From Alphaproteobacteria bacterium (lineage in GTDB: Bacteria > Pseudomonadota > Alphaproteobacteria > RF32 > CAG-239): a DNA stretch of 64,000 bases. The position numbers and the translations under genes were made by a program. Positions 57,885 through 64,000 of the stretch are shown here, in pieces; the stretch's first letter is position 1; each line of letters begins with the position of its first letter. Below the pieces are notes generated by a model. That model was not told the DNA's origin, did not search any database, and saw only the letters and a program-made list of their open reading frames with translations. Location of the stretch: positions 16,580 through 80,579 of the forward strand of contig JAZRAL010000052.1 in the NCBI GenBank assembly GCA_045634545.1. Direction: 5' to 3'.

Positions 57885-58209
57885 CCTCTGTCTATAAAGT
57901 TTATTACCTACTCTATTTTTTCCGTGTGGTTCTTTTATTTGACATCCGTAAAAATGCTTTAGAATAAAAATAAACACCTCTTTGGGGATTAAAAGGGGGA
58001 GCTTAAATATTTTTTTATCATTATTCACCCCATAATAAAAATCATTAGCAGTAACCTTGCCTTGTGTGTAATTAACTATCTTTTGCATATTTTCTTTGTT
58101 TGAGATTTTCTTTCCATACTCCCAAGAGCAATACACATCCAAGGATACTTCAAAGAAATCTGCTATTTGTTTTTGTGTTTTGTTTTTTTCTAAATTCTAA
58201 AAGCTTCAT
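57882..58209 (-). pseudogene. cI/XRE-family HTH repressor gene disrupted by a frameshift in a homopolymer
   Basis: The ATG at 58209 gives MKLLEFRKKQN and then stops. The next frame continues KTQKQIADFFEVSLDVYCSWEYGKKIS (HTH). The two frames join across the T7 run at 58181-58187. Confidence 0.55.
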
Positions 58210-58234
58210 TATTTACATCTCTATTTCCCTAAAT

Positions 58235-58337
58235 AGTACTAATAATACTAATTATCAATAATAAAAATATAACTATTAGTACTTTTTATTGTTTTTGATA
58301 TTAAATTATTTGATTTGTGTTTTTTTTGTGGTATAAT
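58235..58337. promoter_or_regulatory. divergent switch region: 9-bp inverted repeat operators and an extended -10 promoter
   Basis: AGTACTAAT at 58235-58243 and ATTAGTACT at 58275-58283. TGgTATAAT at 58329-58337 faces the XRE gene. Confidence 0.4.
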
Positions 58338-58345
58338 AATAAAAG

Positions 58346-58651
58346 ATGGTCAGAGTATGTGATATGGAAAGCAGTATAAAAGAAATTCGTAAACGTAAAG
58401 GTATAACTCAAGTTCAATTAGCCCAAATGTTAGGCATTACTCAAAGTGGAGTACAAAAACTTGAGAGCGGTATAAATGATTTAACTACCAAAATGATGAA
58501 AAAACTAGCAGAAGTTTTAGATGTTGAGCCTTGGGAATTATTACCTAAAGATATGCAACCAAACATTTCCCCAGAAGAACAAGAGATTTTACGAACTATC
58601 CGTAAAGTAAAATCATCTAATGATATATCATCAACCACCAAAGCCAGCTAA
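58346..58651 (+). CDS. XRE-family HTH transcriptional regulator (Cro/CI-type)
   Basis: IKEIRKRKGITQVQLAQMLGITQSGVQKLESG. Confidence 0.8.
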   Translation: MVRVCDMESSIKEIRKRKGITQVQLAQMLGITQSGVQKLESGINDLTTKMMKKLAEVLDVEPWELLPKDMQPNISPEEQEILRTIRKVKSSNDISSTTKAS

Positions 58652-58663
58652 TGGAGGTGATAA

Positions 58664-59098
58664 ATGAGAAAGTTTTTTAAAATACTAGCAAAATACTTTG
58701 ATGACTTTTTAAATTTACTTGATTATTCTTTGTATTTAATAAAAACTATAATATCATATATTATACCACGCAATAAAGAAAAAACTATTGAAATAATGGC
58801 TCAAACTATAATCTATCTTATTTATTTAGTAATATTATGGATAATAATTGCATTTATTTATTTAGTAATATTATGGATAACAATTGCATTGTTTGGATGG
58901 GAACCTATTATATGCTTAGCTATAATGGGATTTCTTGTTTACTTATATTATAAAATAAGCCCTAAAATAAAAGAATATGTTTGCAAAATTACAACAAATA
59001 AATTTATACAAAATAAAATATATGATATGATATTTTGTTTAATATTTTTTTTACTAGAAATTCTACTAATTTTCTTGGCTATATATTTTCAAACTTAA
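58664..59098 (+). CDS. hydrophobic membrane protein with an internal 12-aa tandem duplication
   Basis: IYLVILWIIIAF/IYLVILWITIAL are encoded by a 36-bp tandem repeat at 58820-58891. Confidence 0.5.
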   Translation: MRKFFKILAKYFDDFLNLLDYSLYLIKTIISYIIPRNKEKTIEIMAQTIIYLIYLVILWIIIAFIYLVILWITIALFGWEPIICLAIMGFLVYLYYKISPKIKEYVCKITTNKFIQNKIYDMIFCLIFFLLEILLIFLAIYFQT

Positions 59099-59205
59099 AG
59101 AAGCAGATGAGATATGAAAAAATTTATATACCCTATAATCGTTTTTTTTTACTTGGTTTTATTTTAGGAAACTATGACTTTTTAATAAAACAAGCTGATG
59201 CTAGT

Positions 59206-59314
59206 TATTGCTAGCCTAAAAGAAATGCAACAGCAAAACTATTAAAAACACTAAAACCCTAGATTTCTCTAGGGTTTGAAGCTGGTGCCGATTGGGAGAT
59301 TCGAACTCCCGACC
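59206..59314. repeat. 109-bp perfect direct repeat, copy 2
   Basis: Identical to 57767-57875. Confidence 0.95.
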
Positions 59315-59332
59315 CCCCCATTACGAATGAGT
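59283..59332 (-). tRNA. truncated tRNA, 3' half only (anticodon loop TTCGTAA, Thr-CGT-like); not a functional gene
   Basis: The minus strand reads ACTCA-TTCGTAA-TGGGG-GGGTC-GGGAG-TTCGAAT-CTCCC-AATCGGC-A-CCA. An A/T-run sits where the D-arm and 5' acceptor strand should be. Confidence 0.6.
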
Positions 59333-59511
59333 ACCTTTTTAAAAAAAAAATGTAATTATTTTTGTTGAAATGTGTTCTATATATTGTAGATACCACAGGC
59401 ATTTATCCCATTACTAAATAACACTTGTGATGATTTACATTAATATATTTTAATTTAAAATCTGGGATAAATTTGGGATAAAATTTGTCCCTTAATATAA
59501 GGACGCATGAG

Positions 59512-60735
59512 ATGAAAAGATTTAGATCAAAAAATTATACAGGTGTATATTATAAAGAACACGAAATAAGAAAAAATGGTGTTAAACCAGATAGATATTA
59601 CACAATTAGATATACAAAGAATGGAAAATCAAAAGAAGAAGGTTTAGGTTGGGCATCAAATGGTATGACTGAACTGAAAGCAATGCAAATTCTTGGTGAA
59701 ATCAAAACAAATATTAGACTTGCAAATGGTGAACCAACATCATTGAGTGAAAAACGTGAATTAGAAATAAGAAAAAATAGTGAAAATATGACCTTTCGAG
59801 AATGGTTCTTGGGAGGATATACAGATACTTATCTTTGCTTGAAAAGTTATAAGAAAAGAAAACAAGAAATTTATGATTTTAATACATATTTTGATAAATT
59901 TTTTGGTAATATTCCTTTAAAAAAGGTTACATCAAATTATTTACAAAAAGTAAAAGTTGCTATGAAGAAAAAAAGATTAGCAGAAGCAACTATTAAAAAA
60001 ACTTTATGTGTTATGTCATGTGTTTTTAATAAAGCTAAGGAAGCTGGCGTATTGGTTGGAGAAAACCCATGTGAAAGAATGGAAAAAATATCAATAAATA
60101 ACAATAGAGTGCGCTTTTTAACATCTGATGAAGCCAATAAACTCTTAAACGAAATAAAAATAAGTAGTAAACAATTATATGAAATGTCTATTTTTGCACT
60201 CCATATGGGGCTTCGTGCCGGAGAAATCTTTAATATTGTTGGTGAAGATGTAAATATGGAAATGAAACAAATAACAATTCGTAATCCTAAAAATAAATCA
60301 GATCGTTTTGCTTATATGACTAATGAAGTGTATAGTATTTTAAAAACAAAATCACTCCAAAACGGAGAGTATGTATTTAAATCCACAAAGGGCACAAAAA
60401 TAAATGGAGTATCATCAACATATAGTAGAATAGTTGAGCGTTTAGGTTTTAATAATGGTATTAAAGATGCTAAAAATAAAGTTGTTTTTCATACACTTCG
60501 CCATACTTATGCAAGTTGGTTAGTTCAATCTGGTGTCGATTTATATAGAGTACAAAGATTGATGGGACATAAAAGTATAAAGATGACTGAACGTTATGCT
60601 CATTTGGCTCCAAATAATTTGTCAGATTCTGTAAATATTTTAAATAAAATAAATGATGCAGATATTTTCGCTAATATTGCGGAGACAAAATTAAATGATA
60701 ATGTTAATACTAATATAGATGATATAGTAGCATAA
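59512..60735 (+). CDS. int: tyrosine site-specific integrase
   Basis: HTLRHTYASW and ERYAHL catalytic boxes. The ATG at 59512 has an AAGGA RBS; the track start is TTG. Confidence 0.9.
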   Translation: MKRFRSKNYTGVYYKEHEIRKNGVKPDRYYTIRYTKNGKSKEEGLGWASNGMTELKAMQILGEIKTNIRLANGEPTSLSEKRELEIRKNSENMTFREWFLGGYTDTYLCLKSYKKRKQEIYDFNTYFDKFFGNIPLKKVTSNYLQKVKVAMKKKRLAEATIKKTLCVMSCVFNKAKEAGVLVGENPCERMEKISINNNRVRFLTSDEANKLLNEIKISSKQLYEMSIFALHMGLRAGEIFNIVGEDVNMEMKQITIRNPKNKSDRFAYMTNEVYSILKTKSLQNGEYVFKSTKGTKINGVSSTYSRIVERLGFNNGIKDAKNKVVFHTLRHTYASWLVQSGVDLYRVQRLMGHKSIKMTERYAHLAPNNLSDSVNILNKINDADIFANIAETKLNDNVNTNIDDIVA

Positions 60736-60752
60736 AAAGTTGATATAATTTA

Positions 60753-60785
60753 AGCCCAGAAATTGAGATATTTCTGGGCTTTTTA
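60753..60785. terminator. bidirectional terminator between int and the AlpA-like gene
   Basis: 11-bp stem AGCCCAGAAAT/ATTTCTGGGCT followed by TTTT. Confidence 0.65.
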
Positions 60786-60806
60786 TTGTACTTGATTATA
60801 TGCTTC

Positions 60807-61058
60807 TTAATCAATAATTATCCTATTTATAATCCAATTAATTAATTCTTCACGCGTATATGCAACTCTTCCTCGAACTCCATCTTCAGAACTAAATTTA
60901 ATTGGATTTGATATACCTAATCCTCTACTATCGTATGATGATAAAGTTGAACGTTTAACAAGTCCGCCCGTTAATTTTTCGACTTCTGATCTGGCAATAA
61001 TCGGTGGAAGTGTTTCTATTAAAAATTCGCGCATCTCATCAATTTTACTTTTTTTCAT
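60807..61058 (-). CDS. AlpA/excisionase-like small DNA-binding protein
   Basis: RSEVEKLTGGLVKRSTL...GRVAYTREELINWI matches the AlpA/Xis HTH pattern. Confidence 0.5.
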   Translation of the reverse strand: MKKSKIDEMREFLIETLPPIIARSEVEKLTGGLVKRSTLSSYDSRGLGISNPIKFSSEDGVRGRVAYTREELINWIINRIIID

Positions 61059-61213
61059 TCTAAAAATTCCTTATATTTTAATATTTCTATTGATTTATGC
61101 ATATCTGTTTTAAAGTATGCATATATTTTAGAACTAAAAAAATTAAAAACGAGAAAAATTTTTATTTATTTTTCTATATTGGTGATTTTTTTTTATAATT
61201 TTGCTAAATAAAA

Positions 61214-62266
61214 CTACTTTTTTAGTGTATAATAAACACCTTTGGTTGAGCCTTGTTTTTCTAAAATATCTTTTTTCACAAGATTTTGAACATTCTTTTT
61301 GATGGTTTCGTTGTTTTTATTAAGTTCTTGAGCTATCTCTAATACACTCCAAGATGACTTTTCATCAAATAAAGCAATTATACTTTCTTCTGTTTTATTA
61401 TATCTTGTTGTGCCAGATACTTTGGTAATTTTCTCTTCTAAATGACGTTTTTGTTTTTGTAATGAGGTAATAAAAAATGTTAGCCAAGGTTCATAATTAA
61501 CCTTATCTGTCCAAATTGTTTTTTGAGTTGCTCTTAAAGCCCTATAATAACCTTCTTTGTTTGCTTCTATAATTGATTCCATAGATGCATATGGCATATA
61601 ATTATATCCGTTTTTAAGCAATAACATTGTTGTTAATGCTCGTGATAAGCGCCCATTACCATCTGTAAATGGGTGTATTGATAAAAAGTGAACAACAAAT
61701 ACACCTATTGTGATAATAGGATGAAAGTACCCATCATTAAAATTAACATTAGTCCAATCAACTAACTCTTGCATCAAACGAGGAGTATCAAATGGAGTAG
61801 CTGTTTCAAATATTGTACCTATTTCATTACCATCTGCATCAAAAGCAGCAACTCTATTTGAATCTTTCTTATACTCACCTCTATGACGCTCATCTTTTGT
61901 TGAGTAACTTAATAAAATTTTGTGTAATTGACGAATGTAGTTCTCTGATAAAGGGATATCTTGGTAACTATCAAAGATTGTAGCTAGTAAATCTGCATAT
62001 CCTGCAACTTCTTGCTCATCACGTGTTTGAAAAGATTTTTTTGTTATATTGTTAAATACTGTTTCAACATCTATATCGTTTAATTTATTACCCTCTATAC
62101 GATTAGATGAACCAATGGACTCAATGGTAGCAATTCTTTTCATTGTCTTTAATTGCTCTGGTTCAATTTTTATACCACCGCTATTCCACGAACCCTTAAA
62201 TGTATCTATTTCAGCTATTTTACGAAGAATATCAGGTGTAATCACTATATCACTCATATTAGGCAT
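61214..62266 (-). CDS. Fic-family protein with an N-terminal inhibitory motif and a C-terminal winged-helix domain
   Basis: HPFTDGNGRLSR Fic motif, SSNRIEGN (S/TxxxE(G/N) inhibitory motif) and a C-terminal wHTH-like tail. The ATG at 62266 has an AAAGGA RBS. Confidence 0.85.
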   Translation of the reverse strand: MPNMSDIVITPDILRKIAEIDTFKGSWNSGGIKIEPEQLKTMKRIATIESIGSSNRIEGNKLNDIDVETVFNNITKKSFQTRDEQEVAGYADLLATIFDSYQDIPLSENYIRQLHKILLSYSTKDERHRGEYKKDSNRVAAFDADGNEIGTIFETATPFDTPRLMQELVDWTNVNFNDGYFHPIITIGVFVVHFLSIHPFTDGNGRLSRALTTMLLLKNGYNYMPYASMESIIEANKEGYYRALRATQKTIWTDKVNYEPWLTFFITSLQKQKRHLEEKITKVSGTTRYNKTEESIIALFDEKSSWSVLEIAQELNKNNETIKKNVQNLVKKDILEKQGSTKGVYYTLKK

Positions 62267-62288
62267 AACTAATCCTTTCAAATTAAAT

Positions 62289-62360
62289 TTACCGGAATAT
62301 TACCGGATATTTGCCTAAATATTACCGAATAATTACCGAAAAAGCAAGTAAAATTTACCG
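62289..62360. repeat. iteron-like array: five TTACCG(G/A)A repeats phased at 11-bp multiples
   Basis: TTACCG occurs at 62289, 62300, 62322, 62333 and 62355, with a degenerate TTGCCT at 62311. Confidence 0.8.
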
Positions 62361-62719
62361 AAAAATGTAATATTTTTATACTAAGAGAATAAACTATTTA
62401 TAAGATATAGTTAATTAATGTGTTTTATCTTTGATTGTTCTATAAATGTTCTTTTTTTAGTGATAATTAGTGTATTAAGGCGCTTTACATATAGATAAAA
62501 TATAGGTATTTAATATCCACTAATTAAATATTTTAAGCTACATTACTTCATTTTTTCAACTCGGAAATTTTTCCGAGTAATTTTTTTTGCAAATCATAGT
62601 TCTACTACATTGTAATGTACGGTAAATCCTCTTTACAAGCTCTACTTATAGGAAGATTTCTCTTCCTATAATAGGGTTCTTTTACTCAAAATCATATTCA
62701 CATATAAAGGTTAAACAAT

Positions 62720-63439
62720 ATGCTCATTAATAAAATAACACTAGCTGAACTTATACGAGAAGAACAAGAAACTTGTAGTAGACCTTATAATACAGATAAA
62801 TACACTACAGATACATACACCCTTAAAAAAGATGGTGTAAAACTATACTCTTATGATACTCGTTTAGAGCATACCCAAGGATTAAATTCAAATAAATCTA
62901 GTAAACCTATATTTAAGAAAATAAAAAAATCAATTAATCAATCATTTTTAAAGTTACGTAATGATGATCAATTATGTTGGTTTAATGGTAAATATATTCG
63001 CAATAAGTGTAGTTATTATCTAGAATTCGATGATCGCTTTTCGACTATATATGATTTTTATATTACTATCACCCCACCTTTTGAAAGCAAAAATACAGAA
63101 CAAGACTTACTTAATTTAACTAAGATATCTTTTCGACAAGCTCAATACTATATCAATCCGGATAATAGACATAAATTAAGAGATAAAACAACATTACCTC
63201 AAGTTACTATAAATGTATGTAAGGAGGCATATACTTATACGCACCTTCATATTATAATTTATGATACATCTATAAGAGATTTTTTGGTATTACTGTATCA
63301 TTTATATCATATATTCCGTGCGAATTATAGTGATGTAAACATAGAGTACCATAATTTGATATCTACTGAACATACAGAAATTTATACGGATAAACAGGTC
63401 GTGCGCACGTTATTTACTGCAGATATTTTTGGTTTGTGA
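62720..63439 (+). CDS. hypothetical protein with HUH-endonuclease-like motifs (candidate rolling-circle Rep)
   Basis: FYITITPP (motif I-like), YTHLHIIIY (HUH-like) and EIYTDKQ (YxxK-like), in the canonical order. Confidence 0.4.
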   Translation: MLINKITLAELIREEQETCSRPYNTDKYTTDTYTLKKDGVKLYSYDTRLEHTQGLNSNKSSKPIFKKIKKSINQSFLKLRNDDQLCWFNGKYIRNKCSYYLEFDDRFSTIYDFYITITPPFESKNTEQDLLNLTKISFRQAQYYINPDNRHKLRDKTTLPQVTINVCKEAYTYTHLHIIIYDTSIRDFLVLLYHLYHIFRANYSDVNIEYHNLISTEHTEIYTDKQVVRTLFTADIFGL

Positions 63440-63458
63440 TTATGCTAGATATAGAGAT

Positions 63459-63689
63459 ATGTTGGTTAAAGAGATTACAAAAACTCTTGAAAGTCAAAAA
63501 AGTAAGGAGAAAAGTAAGGAGAAAATTCTTCAAGCCATAGCAAATAATCCTTATATAACTACCGCTGAATTATCTCAATTAACTGGTCTTAGCATAAGTG
63601 GTATAGAAAAGAATTTAAGACAATTAAAAGAGCAGAATAAAATCAAACGTATTGGACCAGATAAAGGTGGTCATTGGGAAGTAGTCTAA
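63459..63689 (+). CDS. small winged-helix DNA-binding protein
   Basis: ILQAIANNPYITTAELSQLTGLSISGIEKNLRQLKEQNKIKRIG. The start is taken at the ATG at 63459. A hairpin and T-run follow the stop. Confidence 0.55.
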   Translation: MLVKEITKTLESQKSKEKSKEKILQAIANNPYITTAELSQLTGLSISGIEKNLRQLKEQNKIKRIGPDKGGHWEVV

Positions 63690-63943
63690 CAATAATCTTC
63701 AGCTGGTTACAATTTTTAACCGGTTGTTTTTTTGTTTAAAATAGAGTTTTTTACCTACAAATGATTTGTGGAGTGGGCAATTCCAGTTTCGATTGGTTTT
63801 GATATATCAATAAAACTGCTCATAAAATGCAAAACAAAAGATTTTTGTGATTCAATATTGTAAATACTTGCAACATCTTTATTGGGTTTATAAAATATAA
63901 CTATTAGATTTAATTTGAAGAAAGAAGTAAAATATGGATAGAG

Positions 63944-64000
63944 TTATAAATAATCGTATTCCTGAAACAATAAAGTTTATAAAAGAAAAAGATTTTAAAT
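63944..64000 (+). CDS. 5' end of an ORF running off the window
   Basis: ATG at 63944, open to the window edge (MDRVINNRIPETIKFIKEKDFK). Confidence 0.25.

Larger units (their letters stand above)
57876..59205. mobile_element. small degenerate integrated element (phage immunity-region remnant) between the two repeat copies
   Basis: Bounded by the 109-bp repeats. It contains a divergent XRE pair and a membrane protein but no integrase. Confidence 0.5.
59315..64000. mobile_element. integrative element (integrase, AlpA-like, Fic, Rep-like) running off the window
   Basis: Starts at a tRNA 3' half with the integrase adjacent. The right end was not seen. Confidence 0.6.

Noticed and set aside
57844-57919. 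An intact 76-nt tRNA gene on the minus strand
   Set aside because: The 3' acceptor strand AATCGGC has no complementary GCCGATT at the expected 5' position, and there is no D-arm. The same holds for the second copy at 59283-59358. Both are 3' halves only.
62289-62360. Short repeat array as a possible CRISPR
   Set aside because: The repeat unit is only 6-9 bp with 11/22-bp phasing. There are no spacer-sized unique segments and no cas genes, so it fits iterons or operators.

Overview
AT-rich (about 30% G+C by eye) bacterial chromosome segment. Gene content and order (tmk-dac-rlpA, holB, lolA, ihfB, accD, tsaB, DUF3035 lipoprotein-lspA, an EIIA(Man)-NPr pair, ankyrin and MORN proteins) fit a low-GC, probably host-associated alphaproteobacterium. 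That is inference from pattern recognition, not a database hit. The window has four blocks. (1) 1-9.7 kb is an accessory locus. Two genes share a nearly identical ~188-aa N-terminal module but carry different muramidase C-termini (GH24-like and GH108-like). They are interleaved with orphan C-terminal fragments and small secreted Cys-containing DUF1311/LprI-like proteins, and malQ plus a maltokinase-like gene lie between the two copies. (2) 9.8-22.2 kb is a podovirus-like structural and packaging module (tail tube, fibres, TerS, TerL, portal) with no recognisable capsid, replication, lysis or integrase genes. One modular muramidase sits directly after the portal gene. (3) 22.4-57.8 kb is housekeeping: cell envelope genes, the dTDP-rhamnose rfbACDB cluster, queH, deoB, accD and a PTS remnant. 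It also holds a ~200-nt structured leader upstream of a SLOG/DUF1273 gene and a gene with elevated GC. (4) 57.8-64 kb holds tandem integrated elements at two truncated tRNA-Thr-like 3' halves inside a perfect 109-bp direct repeat. They carry a frameshifted cI-like/XRE switch, a tyrosine integrase, an AlpA-like gene, a Fic protein, an 11-bp-phased TTACCG iteron array and a possible HUH Rep. The best candidate for an undescribed system is the polymorphic muramidase plus inhibitor-like locus and its link to the phage portal module. All calls come from reading the sequence and ORF translations; no searches were run.
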